DNA from: Cyanidioschyzon merolae
Taxonomy: Eukaryota
Assembly: GCA_000091205.1 (NCBI GenBank)
Contig: AP006498.2
Strand: one strand, 5' to 3'
DNA length: 64,000 nt
The stretch's first letter is position 1. The number at the start of each line of letters is the position of its first letter. A model generated the notes under the pieces. It was not told the origin of the DNA and did not search any database. It worked only from the letters and a program-made list of their open reading frames with translations. Positions 1 to 10,120 of this stretch are shown piece by piece. The translations under genes were made by a program, and so were the position numbers.

Positions 1-110
1 TTACTAGGCAAGCGGCTGCCGCTGGTTGTGGCGCGCAGTCCTGCGATTCCATCGCTACCGTACCGCAGTTAACTGGAACGTCTCTCCAATCGCGAAACAG
101 CGAACCCGGG

Positions 111-3100
111 TTGAGCAATCCGAAAGAGGCTGCCAATAGCTTCGAACCTGCTTCGTCGTCGTCGTCTTTGTCGTCGTCATCTGCTCCTTACGCGAAACCC
201 TTGGATACAAGTTGTGCTCCAGCGCCCACGGGTATATTCCAAACGCGACATGCGCAGCTGAAACTAGATCGTGGTGAGCTCTGGAAGCTGCGAAGCGTCT
301 TTGAAGCTCATGACCCACAACATCGGGGTCTGGAACTGCCAGACTTTTACGAGCTGGTGCACGAGTACTTCCCCCAAGCAAGCCTGAATGATGTCGCTTT
401 CATCTTTCGGTTGTTCGATGTCGAACAGAACGGTCGTTTGTCTCTGCGTGACTTCATGTGTGGCTACGCAATCATATGTCATGCGACGGCCGAGGAACGC
501 CTTCGCCTCTGCTTTGCCATGGTGGACCGCGACGCCTGCGGCCACCTGGACGAGCGACAGGTTGCACAAGCGCTGCACCTGCTCAGCAGTTATGCTGACC
601 TGCTCGTACAGTTTAGTTCTGTAGGTGACCACGAAAATACCGGGGATCATGATGTAGACGCAGATGCTTTGCTAGAGATGGCGCGACTTATGGTAGAAAC
701 GGCGACAAAGGAGCGCCTCAAGGGCACCCTAGGTAGCGCTCGGCAGAGTCGCTCAGTGTGTCCCATCGCAACAGAGCATGCTGAGTCTGAAGTGAACACA
801 CACAAAATTGCGTTCGACGAGTTTCTTGAAATCGCCTTGAGGAATCCGCACATCCAGCACTGGTTGGCGGACATCGGTAGCGCTGTGGGCGCTGTGCATC
901 CATCGCTACGAGATCAGAAGGAGGTCGAAATGATTGTTCTCGAGATTGAGCGACTGGGTTTCATTCGGACAGAGGCTTGTGCGAACGCTGCAGCACTCCC
1001 GCTCGAGAGTCGTCCGTCGACCAGTGAAGCGAGCATGGCGAGTTCCGCTCCAGTAGCGCGTTCGCTGTCGAGTTCGCTGGAAGAGACGGCACCGTCCAGC
1101 CAAGAGTACCTGCAACTGATACATCGTGGACGCTCACGTGAATCCAGCCAGCGTGGAGGATCTCTTTACTTGTCACAGTCGTTTTCCACAGTTCACCTTG
1201 CCGAGCAGGGCGGACAGCGACAGCTGTCGTTGCCTCAAACACCGGAGCTTCATCAAAATGAAGCGCGTGCTTCCATCCCACGCCTTCACGAGTTTAGCGA
1301 TGCGGAATTGCGCTTCGGATCCAGCCCAATGCGGATGGAGCGCAGATATGGATCGTTTCTGAGGGCCAGTCGCAGTGTTCTGTCGCATGAGCGTGCCTCG
1401 GCGCCGGACTCGCCGCCTGTTACCCGAAATGCCGGGGAAGGCCGGGCGCTTGCCACCGTAGCAGACATGAATGAGGAGGACCAGGCCAACCTGGACAATG
1501 ACGGTGAGCAGTCCCTTCAAGAGCATCCGTCAAAGCGACTCGAGGAGCACCCCGAGCTATTGTCGAATGAACCCGCTGCGCCGACGATGATGACGACGAC
1601 GACGAGTGCAGAAAACTTGCGCTCCAGTGACCAGGCAGCCATTGCCAAGATGACTTCGTTCCTGCTGCACTCGCCTTTTGTCATCGAGTACACGGCGCTT
1701 CGGTTTGAGCGCAAAATCGGTGAAGGCAGCTTCTCTGAGGTCTGGTCCGGCGAGTGGCTCCATCTGCCGGTCGCCATCAAGGTATTTAAGCGCTTTGATC
1801 CGAGCATGACCGGCACCTGGCCAATGCTGCGCGACGCAGGAGCCTCGCTAACCGGGACTTGCGAGCCACCCGGTATCGACGATCAAACAGTTGGCACCGC
1901 AGCTGCTTCCGCGAAAACCGCAACCCGCCCGGAATGCAGCACTGCAGCAACAATCGATCATGGGTTGGCTTCTTCGAGCTCCTCGGACTCGGAATCCTCC
2001 GTCGAAGCGATGACCTTCGAGACGGACGTCCAAGGGCACAGCGCCGGTGCCAGGCTTGATGAGGCGCTCTTCGCAGCGGACGCGGCAGCGGGGCTCAGCA
2101 TGTACGGTATCGACAAATCGCAAACGCATTACAATGGCCAGCAGCAGCAGCAGCAGCGAAAACATCCACGTCCTGGAATGCACCTCCTCGATGAGACACC
2201 GCGACGTCTCGATGAATTCAACCTCGTCTCTTTCGTTCGAGAGGTGGAGCTTCTGTCGCAGCTGCGTCATCCGAACGTGCTTCTCTATATGGGCGCCACT
2301 GCAGACCCCCGAAAACCGCTCTGTATCGTGAGCGAACTCTTTCCGGGTGGCTCGGTCCACGATTTGCTCTTCAAGCGACGGAAGCGCTTGAGCAAGCATC
2401 AAAAGCTGCGCATCGCTATTGCCGTGGCTCGTGGGATGCTCTACCTGCACTCCTGCAAACCGCAGATCCTCCATCGAGACCTCAAGTCGAGCAACGTGCT
2501 CGTCGACGAGTCACTGAACCGCATCGCGATCTGTGACTTTGGTTTATCCGCCCTGCGGCGTGCCGGTGCAGGTGAGTCGAGCAACTACGGGAGCGCCTGC
2601 GATGCCGATACCATGGGCACTCCCTACACCCTAGCACCCGAGGTCATGGGCGGAGAACCCTACACCGACAAGGCCGACGTCTACTCCTATAGCATTGTGC
2701 TGTGGGAGCTGCTGACGCGCAAAAAACCCTTCGAGAACCTCATGCCCGTCCAGCTGATGTACAAGGTGTACGCCCAGAACGCACGGCCGCCGCTGGGCGA
2801 GGTATATGCCGAATTCCAGGCGCTGCTCTCCCGGTGCTGGGAGCGAGATCCGCAATCTCGCCCCGACTTTGGGACGATACTAGATATTCTGGAAGACATC
2901 AGCCTCGAACTTGCGACGAACGCAGAGGATGCCTCTAGGTCATCCTCTGACGACGATACCGATAACACTGGCGTTGGTGGCGGCAGCGGCAGCAGCGGTG
3001 GCGGTAACGTTGGTGCAGACGCCCACGAGCGCGCAGCAGCACCCAGCCAGACCAAGCAGTTGCAGCTCATGAACGCAGTGGTGCAGAATGATCTTGCGCG

Positions 3101-3803
3101 GGTGAAGCGCCTCCTCGAACGTGGTGTCTCGCCTTGTTTCTGTGACTATGATCGGCGTACGCCGTTGCACGTTGCCGCTGCCGAAGGTTTTGTGGATATC
3201 GCGGTGTGCCTGCTGGAGCATGGTGCAGAGGTGAATGCACGCGATCGCTGGGGCTCGACACCCCTGAGCGAAGCGATACGCTTCCGTCATGAGCACTGTG
3301 CACAGGTGTTACGTGACCAGTACGGGGGCAGGATTTTCGATCAGAAGAGTCATTTCGAGCTTATCGATGCAGTTGCACGCGGTGATATTGCGGCGGTTCG
3401 CTCATTCATTGGCGAGGGCGTCGATGTGCGCCAGGCGGACTATGATCGACGTACCGCTTTACACTTGGCGGCTGCCGAGGGATACACTGAGGTGGCGAAA
3501 CTGCTCGTAGAGGCCGGTGCCGATGTCATGGCGACGGATCGTTGGGGCAGCACACCACTGCAGGAGGCGATTCGCTTCAAACATCCGGAAACTGCTGTCT
3601 ATATCGAATCGGTGATGGGTGCCCAGTTACGACAGCGTGCTCGCGGTTTAAGGCGGGATATCGGCGGGTCATCATCGAACGGTGCTGCCTCGCCACAGCG
3701 TTCGTTGCTGCGAACGAACACACCAGAGTCGGATCAGTTCGGACGGGGTCGATCGTCGCCGGCACCGCAGTCTCCGGGTAATGTCGATTACTATGGTGAC
3801 TAG
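111..3803 (+). CDS. Ser/Thr (TKL-like) protein kinase with N-terminal EF-hand pair and C-terminal ankyrin repeats
   Basis: EF-hand loop DVEQNGRLSLRDF. Kinase motifs GEGSFSEV...VAIK, HRDLKSSNVLVD, DFGLS, APE. Ankyrin repeats TPLHVAAAEGFVDIAVCLLEHGAEVNARDRWGSTPL and TALHLAAAEGYTEVAKLLVEAGADVMATDRWGSTPL. The listed start at 111 is TTG and no in-frame ATG precedes the EF-hands, so the true 5' end is uncertain (an upstream exon is possible). Confidence 0.85.
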   Translation: MSNPKEAANSFEPASSSSSLSSSSAPYAKPLDTSCAPAPTGIFQTRHAQLKLDRGELWKLRSVFEAHDPQHRGLELPDFYELVHEYFPQASLNDVAFIFRLFDVEQNGRLSLRDFMCGYAIICHATAEERLRLCFAMVDRDACGHLDERQVAQALHLLSSYADLLVQFSSVGDHENTGDHDVDADALLEMARLMVETATKERLKGTLGSARQSRSVCPIATEHAESEVNTHKIAFDEFLEIALRNPHIQHWLADIGSAVGAVHPSLRDQKEVEMIVLEIERLGFIRTEACANAAALPLESRPSTSEASMASSAPVARSLSSSLEETAPSSQEYLQLIHRGRSRESSQRGGSLYLSQSFSTVHLAEQGGQRQLSLPQTPELHQNEARASIPRLHEFSDAELRFGSSPMRMERRYGSFLRASRSVLSHERASAPDSPPVTRNAGEGRALATVADMNEEDQANLDNDGEQSLQEHPSKRLEEHPELLSNEPAAPTMMTTTTSAENLRSSDQAAIAKMTSFLLHSPFVIEYTALRFERKIGEGSFSEVWSGEWLHLPVAIKVFKRFDPSMTGTWPMLRDAGASLTGTCEPPGIDDQTVGTAAASAKTATRPECSTAATIDHGLASSSSSDSESSVEAMTFETDVQGHSAGARLDEALFAADAAAGLSMYGIDKSQTHYNGQQQQQQRKHPRPGMHLLDETPRRLDEFNLVSFVREVELLSQLRHPNVLLYMGATADPRKPLCIVSELFPGGSVHDLLFKRRKRLSKHQKLRIAIAVARGMLYLHSCKPQILHRDLKSSNVLVDESLNRIAICDFGLSALRRAGAGESSNYGSACDADTMGTPYTLAPEVMGGEPYTDKADVYSYSIVLWELLTRKKPFENLMPVQLMYKVYAQNARPPLGEVYAEFQALLSRCWERDPQSRPDFGTILDILEDISLELATNAEDASRSSSDDDTDNTGVGGGSGSSGGGNVGADAHERAAAPSQTKQLQLMNAVVQNDLARVKRLLERGVSPCFCDYDRRTPLHVAAAEGFVDIAVCLLEHGAEVNARDRWGSTPLSEAIRFRHEHCAQVLRDQYGGRIFDQKSHFELIDAVARGDIAAVRSFIGEGVDVRQADYDRRTALHLAAAEGYTEVAKLLVEAGADVMATDRWGSTPLQEAIRFKHPETAVYIESVMGAQLRQRARGLRRDIGGSSSNGAASPQRSLLRTNTPESDQFGRGRSSPAPQSPGNVDYYGD

Positions 3804-3996
3804 TGTCGACGGGAGCACTGCGAATAAACGAGTTCGGGTTTACTTGAAGCAAAGTTTGTTCGGGCGACGAAGACGAGTGCGGCTTCATGCGCTGCAAATG
3901 AAAGCATTCGGGTTCACCAGAAACGCTGGTTTATCCTGTTTCCAGCACCGCCGGCTGCGTGTGCAGGCGCCCCGGCAGCGCCAGCACATGAACGCA

Positions 3997-4135
3997 GGCC
4001 ATGCACGAACCCGTACGGTAGAGAATGAACTGCTTCGGAGACCTCAGCTTCTTGAGTTGTACTGTTCGCCATGGGATACAGGCCGTGCACGAACCCGTAC
4101 GGCAGAGAATGAACTGCTTCGGAGACCTCAGCGTC
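3997..4135. repeat. tandem duplication, ~69 bp unit x2
   Basis: ccgtacggtagagaatgaactgcttcggagacctcagcttcttgagttgtactgttcgccatggga is repeated twice in direct tandem with about 3 mismatches. Confidence 0.7.
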
Positions 4136-4733
4136 TTGAGTTGTACTGTTCGCCATGGGATGCGTTGTTTCGTGCAGCTCTCAAGCTTCCAGGGAGCGCG
4201 AACGAGCTGGGTAGCCCCAGCGGCACCTAAGGCACCAGAATATCCAGGTGATTTCGAACGCTTTGGCCAAGTGCCAACCTATACCGAACGTGAAGCCTTG
4301 GGTTGCGTGGGAAATTCTTTGGGTTCCGCTCCAGAGATCGACGATGCGTACCAGGAAGACGCTATGCGCTGAAACGCATTCATATGCACAGCAGGATGGC
4401 ATTCGATTCGCACGGAAACCCGAGGCCGTCGTATCTGGCACCGGGCGATAGATAAAGACCGTAAAGCAACGTTCAAGGAGAGCGTCGATGCACCAGACGA
4501 GTGATAAACGGGATCAACATCAGCAGAGGTGTATGCGCTCCGCCCCAGCAACCTAGCTGGAAGCGAGTACGCTCGGTACGACTCGTCGCAAGAGCGAGGT
4601 ACCCGACGCGGCACCAGAAAGCAGGGAAACGCGCTCTGTCGTCGTAACGCTCCGTCGACATGCACCGACACGCGGGGCACACATCCGATACTGCGACAAT
4701 ACCCTACTGCTCGGAGGTGAGACGGGAATTCGT

Positions 4734-6950
4734 TCAGGTGAATGCACGCCGCCGCAACACCAGCACGAGCACCACCATGCTTGCGAGCGTGAGCGTGTCT
4801 ACAGTCACAAGTTTTCGCAGCCATCGCCACCACTGTGCAGACAGCGTACCCACAGGTCGCCAAGCGCTTCCCGAGGTCAATGCTCGGAGAAAACGCCGAA
4901 CGACATCGATACAGAGCACCAGATGCAGACCAATGATCATTCTGGGCGTGTTGGGCGAGCGCCTAGCACAAAATAAGTTCCGCCACCAGTACCAGGAGGT
5001 TCGCAAGTGCCAGCAACTCTCGAGTGCGGGCTGGCGTTCCAGACTGGACGTCGCGGCGGTTTCGCGCGGAGTACACCTTTCCGGAGTGCCAGCAAAACCA
5101 GTGCACGGGAACTGCGGAAGCGAAGCGCGCTCCGATGCTGGAGTGAATGCAGCATCCGCACACACGTTTTCTGGCGCTGCTGCTGGTGCTGCACTCGTCG
5201 ATGTTGCAGTCGATGTCGTTGGACTATCTCTCCTGCCGCCGATGATACCGTACAGAGAGCAATTAAGCAGCAGAAACTGACAGAGACTCGTGCTGAGCGA
5301 CCACCAAACAGAGCAGCAAAAAGTTCGTGAGCAACCGGCTTCAGCTAGTCTGATTCCGAGAAGCAAGAGCCGTGCGCTATCGTACCAGTCCCAAGCACGG
5401 AAGAGCGCGCTTTGCCGAACGCACGAAACCAGCAGCCGACAGGAACTTGTCGCGAAAGGTCCTCGAACTTGTGCAGCTTCTATTGAGTGCTGGGAAAGCG
5501 TCCGTTGAGACGATGCGATGGCGTGACGTGGTTGCGGTGTAGCTGGCATAAACGTACCAGCACACTTAGATGATGATGATGATGATATGGCGCCTCGTCT
5601 CTGACGAGGTGGGCACGTAGAGTGCGACTCCGGCGTGGGCGGAGCAGACGGCGCCATAGCGCTCTTCGCCTTGCCTCCAGATGACAGATGTAGTCGCTGC
5701 GAAAGCGCGACTGCTAGCTGCCCGTCGAATGTTTCAGGAGCATGGACTTTTTGCGCTGCAACAGACGCCCTGAAGAGCTGCTTGCACTTGCACAACAGCC
5801 AGCGTGACATTACGCAAGCCAGGAGCACACTGATCGTCCATGCTATGATGCAGAGATCGCCCCGTCGCCAGACAAGTGCCATGTTGCATGGCATGAGGCG
5901 CCGCCCGCTTTGGATCAGGGGTTCACAAAAACGCCATGCGACACGTGAAAAACAGATCCCAGCTATTGCCTTGGATTGTGCAGCAGATGTCGCAAGCAAC
6001 AGCTTCTCGCCAAAGGGCCAGAAGCAACCGAAACGGCGCCCTCGAGCAGCGAAGACACTTGCCAGGGTAAGGCCTGACATGAACGCAATGATCCATTTCA
6101 CGAAACGCTTCGGAAGCAGCTTGACTGGTACAAACCGCGGATATGCGGTTATCATGGTAGAAGGTGAATTCGCTCGCAACTGAACTGTGGCAGGTTCATC
6201 TTGCGTACGGCTTGGTTGCGGTCCCAAAAGTGCTCTCTGGGACGGTCTTTCGCGCTTGCCTAGCACGCCGTCAAGACGTTCTCGTAGTGATGCCTCTAGA
6301 CGCCTGGCGATGTACCATTTCCGCACGGCTGCCTCTACCTGCTCGAGCTGCCGCTCAACAGCCTCCTTGCAGCGTGGACAGAGTGCATACGCAGCATCGA
6401 TAGCCTGGAGCTCTCGATCGTACTGCTCGAAATGGGGAGTTCCCACGCCCCGCAGCGCTGCCTTTCCGCGCTGACGCGTTGCAGGCAGAGGCTGGCCCGG
6501 TTCCAGGAGCGCCGCCCTCGCTAGTCTCCAGCGTTCCAGTGTATCCAGGCAGGTTGCGCAGAACACGTGCATCGGACAAGGCACGTCAAGCGGATCCGTG
6601 GCCTTCAATGAGCCTCCGAGGGGCCGGCTATCGGGAGAGGCAACCTCCTGTGCGCTCAGTGTCAAAGTGTGGCGGGTCGATGCCGGCAAAGGAGTGAGCG
6701 CTGGACTCGGACGCCCACATCGAGCCGCGTAGAACGCAGGCCAGTGCTCGTCGTATCCAGACTCGCTTTGGGGGTCAAAACCATTGTAGGCGTCGCAGTG
6801 AGCGCAGATCAGGTGCGATATCGGTGCAGAGCCTTGCCCAGACTGTGAGCTGAAGAACGCGTGTCGTATCCAGCGCCGTAAACGCTGCACAAGTGTTGTC
6901 CCTGGGAGAAGCGCACCGCAAAAGTGACAGTGGTGCGTCCAAACCTGCAT
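4734..6950 (-). CDS. membrane protein with N-terminal 4x CxxC zinc-finger-like region, possibly Ima1/Samp1(TMEM201)-like
   Basis: ATG at 6950. Four CxxC pairs (CHFC, CAHC, CATC, CPRC) are followed by hydrophobic TM-like segments (WIIAFMSGLTLASVFAA; LCIIAWTISVLLACVMS). The C-terminal half is S/T/A-rich low complexity. The family assignment is inference only. Confidence 0.5.
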   Translation of the reverse strand: MQVWTHHCHFCGALLPGTTLVQRLRRWIRHAFFSSQSGQGSAPISHLICAHCDAYNGFDPQSESGYDEHWPAFYAARCGRPSPALTPLPASTRHTLTLSAQEVASPDSRPLGGSLKATDPLDVPCPMHVFCATCLDTLERWRLARAALLEPGQPLPATRQRGKAALRGVGTPHFEQYDRELQAIDAAYALCPRCKEAVERQLEQVEAAVRKWYIARRLEASLRERLDGVLGKRERPSQRALLGPQPSRTQDEPATVQLRANSPSTMITAYPRFVPVKLLPKRFVKWIIAFMSGLTLASVFAARGRRFGCFWPFGEKLLLATSAAQSKAIAGICFSRVAWRFCEPLIQSGRRLMPCNMALVWRRGDLCIIAWTISVLLACVMSRWLLCKCKQLFRASVAAQKVHAPETFDGQLAVALSQRLHLSSGGKAKSAMAPSAPPTPESHSTCPPRQRRGAISSSSSSKCAGTFMPATPQPRHAIASSQRTLSQHSIEAAQVRGPFATSSCRLLVSCVRQSALFRAWDWYDSARLLLLGIRLAEAGCSRTFCCSVWWSLSTSLCQFLLLNCSLYGIIGGRRDSPTTSTATSTSAAPAAAPENVCADAAFTPASERASLPQFPCTGFAGTPERCTPRETAATSSLERQPALESCWHLRTSWYWWRNLFCARRSPNTPRMIIGLHLVLCIDVVRRFLRALTSGSAWRPVGTLSAQWWRWLRKLVTVDTLTLASMVVLVLVLRRRAFT

Positions 6951-7814
6951 CTAGTTTCAGGGACAACTGGAGGAAGCGCTACTTCCCAGCGAACGCGAAA
7001 CCTGGCCCGGGGTTTGCTAAAAGATGATATTTGGCTTCGAGCTCGATATCCAAAAGCGCTTGCCGGGTGTTAGGTTGCCGTCTCGACGAGAGCAGGGGCC
7101 CGTCGTCCAAACTATGATCAAACCGCGAGTGATAAGCAGAAGATAAAGGTATCAGTGAGCTAGATGCTAGTTAAGAGAAGCAGCTCTTTTCTAGCGTTCA
7201 ATACAACTCGTTGTGATCACTATACGGTAAAGCTATTTTGCGGGCTACCGACAGAACACCAGAGACAGCTTCTTCAAAGCGTCCAGCACGCCATGTCGGG
7301 TGGAGTACGAGACACACCTACTGGTGAACTAGATGACGTATATCTGAGGCAGCTGTTCCCTTGCGTTTGTGCTGTGGTTACTGGTCATCTACCGACGGGC
7401 TCTCTAGTGACAACACCCAGTCGCATAGCAATTCGCCACGGCGCTACGCTCAAGGTAATCGTCGATGGATTCAGGTTTGTTGCTCCCCCTGCAGAGGGTA
7501 ATTCGATGCTACTTTGCGGCGGATAGCAGGAGATCGACATCAACAAGTAATTTTCCATATAGATCACAGGCGAACTACCAGTAGGATAGATGCTTCATTG
7601 TGCAGTGCAGTGAAGACTGCAATCCTTCTTCAGGTAAGTAATACTATAGTACTCAGATGCATGAGGGACACTGAAAGAAAGATGTGTACGAGCACTGCGC
7701 CAAAAACCGGTATTCTTAAAGACTGCTTGCTCTCAACGTTATGAAAACGACCCGATGATCATCCGACGAAAAGCAAAAGCGACGATCGTAGCCGCCAAGG
7801 CCTCTCTGTTTCTT

Positions 7815-8450
7815 AATAGCTTGTTCGCGTTGTCTTGAAAACACTGGTGTACAATCGCAAAAAAAGTCCTAGTTCAAGAAAGGACCTCTTCTACCGAAAT
7901 CGCATCTGCTATAGCTTTTCTGGGACTCAGCAATCGTTATTCAGTACAAGAAGGTCGGCTTGTTTTTCAGTCGACGAGACGTCCTTTGCACGAAACGGTC
8001 TGAACTTGGATGGGTATTCCGAGAGGGGCAGCCCGCTGCATGTGCGATTGAACTCGAGGAGAACGGCTGAATCACCTATTCTAGATGGAGTGGATTCATT
8101 TAGCGGCCTCACATTTGCTCGTAGAGAAGGTCCGGACAGCAGCACCAACCCTTTGTCGAATCACTGAATACTTTTCCCCTGACGTCTGGCGACGGTCTTC
8201 CATTCGAAAACGCGGTATTTCATCGTTCCCCATGCGTTCACGCTTCTGCGGATCCTCTCGGATAGAGCTACTTTTCGATCCTCCGTACGCTGTGTGGTTC
8301 AGTCGCATCGAAGGATTATTTTCTACTGTGAAACCTAATGATCGCTCCACTGGGCGAGTCGCTAGATCCTTCAGCACATGATGACACACCGGTGCACGTG
8401 TCGTGTTTCGTCCGCAAGTCCTTCTCGCTCCATGAAGGCGCTCGCCTATG
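7815..8450 (+). repeat. dispersed repeat family R2, copy a
   Basis: Nucleotide homology to 36005..36340, e.g. ttttctactgtgaaacctaatgatcgctccactgggcgagtcgctagatcc versus ttttctattgtggaaagtaatgatcgctccgctgggcgagtaagtagatcg. Copy a carries an extra insert of about 190 bp. Confidence 0.6.
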
Positions 8451-8816
8451 GGCACAAAGAAGCTCTTTTGCTTCTAAAAATAAAAAATCTACGGGAAATG
8501 TTTGAACATGCGAGTTTAGGATCCAAAAAAGCCATCACCGCCGGGTTCGACAAAAAACCAGAGAGCAAATCCTCTTCTCGCCGACCACGCAGCGAAGAAG
8601 AGCAAATGACGAAGAAGAGGAGAGATAGGCGAGGAAACTGTTTGCCTGATGTGGTGATGACGAGTCTGTAATGGAGCATCGGGCACGAGTTCTAGAAATC
8701 CTTGCACTGCTGAGTTCAACCAGCGGCAACATAAGTATGGATTTTGTCAGCCGAGAGTTCAACACCGACATGCATATCACACGGTATGCGGTGCTGAAGA
8801 AGAGACCCAAGTAGCT
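8378..8816 (+). pseudogene. degenerate Fanzor/TnpB-like C-terminal remnant (third, diverged lineage)
   Basis: Translation of 8671..8816 gives MEHRARVLEILCTAESTSGNISMDFVSREFNTDMHITRYAVLKKRPK. This aligns with the family C-terminus [49 protein letters not shown]. The RuvC-III motif is degraded (NRDFNAAINI becomes SREFNTDMHI). Confidence 0.5.
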
Positions 8817-9299
8817 TACGCAATCAAACTTCGTGGACCAGCCTCTGATGCTTGACATGTGATTCGATAAACTGAGACCGATACCAGGCGGCCGGTCCAA
8901 AGAGGCAGGGAGGCGACTGCGCGAAAGTAGATATATATACCATCCATCGACGTGCAACGTTATTCGTTTTAGAGAGTATACATTCGATACTGGACGCTCG
9001 CGACTGATGATTCGTTCACAAGGTCATGCCGAAAGCTCACAGAACTTGCCGCGTCAAATATTCGATTCCGTTAGAAAGACAACTGATATGCATTTTGTGA
9101 CGATTGACGAAATCGAGCACGCCAGCAGGATATTACCGCTCACGGGATATGCCCACAGAACCTGTGTCTCTTCCGTTTCCGCGGAAAAGAGTCTTGGACT
9201 CCGACATCAGTCATCTCAGCGATCGCTTCCAGCAGGGCATGCGACAGCGCAGCATGCGAAAGGGGGAATCGACGGACTGGAATTTCATGACTTGGCCTC

Positions 9300-9441
9300 C
9301 AGTCTGGAATTTCCCTCCAGTGCGTGCATTATCATGGACAATATTGCGTCCAACAAATCCTCTGTCAAATGGAACATCGTGCTCTTGCGTGTGCAGCGGA
9401 CAGCGTACTCGCCGAGGGCACCGCCCAGAAGAAGCCCGTGA
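9300..9441 (+). pseudogene. degenerate DDE transposase remnant (Tc1/mariner/pogo-like tail)
   Basis: ACIIMDNIASNKSSVKWNIVLLRVQRTAYSPRAPP resembles the Tc1/pogo C-terminal 'DNAxxH...LPxYSPxLNPIE' region. A homologous remnant lies at 53700..53840. Confidence 0.4.
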
Positions 9442-10120
9442 TTATCGGGTAGGCAACGAGCGGGGAAACGGAGGTCGACCTCGAGTGGCGCCCTCTCTAC
9501 CCGTAGACGACAGGTACCGAGCGATGAACCAGGCTTTAACGCGACACAGGGCGCCCTCTTGGTGAAGAGCGTGCGTTGGATATACGGGAACACCTGACTG
9601 CATACAAGTGTCAGCGCTGCGAAGGCCGCTCCGAGGCTTCACAGAAGAAGAAGCTGAAAATTGCAAGCAAAGCGTAGAAGTAACGTTCGCATATGCATGA
9701 AATGCTTCGAGACCAAGCGGAAGCGGGAAAAGCGGTACTTTATCGCTGCCACCAACATCCTTCGACTGCCTGCATCGGAGCTAGATAGACAGGGCAGACC
9801 GGGGTCCATCAACCAGGAGCTACGGGAGTCCCGACAAAAGCCTTCACAGACCAAAGCCGCATATGCCACTGCTGACGACACCGAGAAGGAACCGAAACTT
9901 TAGTTTGTACGCCCGAGTTAGAGGAGTCGCTCCATTTGATTCTGACGCGGCTGTAAAGCCACCTGAGAGAATCAACGAAGAGCAGCACCGTTCCCAAAGA
10001 TTGATCCGATTGGCAACCCGGACGCGAAGTACATACCCCATTCCGCATGAGCTGGGGTTTTGGCTGTCGTTGCAGGCGCTTTTGCGCAGAGCCAGAGGCT
10101 CCATATGCTACGAAGCGGTC

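Noticed and set aside
1848-2474. Many long ORFs antisense to or overlapping the large genes (e.g. 1848..2474-, 18513..19154-, 22185..22991-, 26744..27355-, 44758..45327-)
   Set aside because: Expected in GC-rich, stop-poor DNA. The translations are R/A/G/P-rich with no motifs, and each overlaps a frame that has clear domain signatures.
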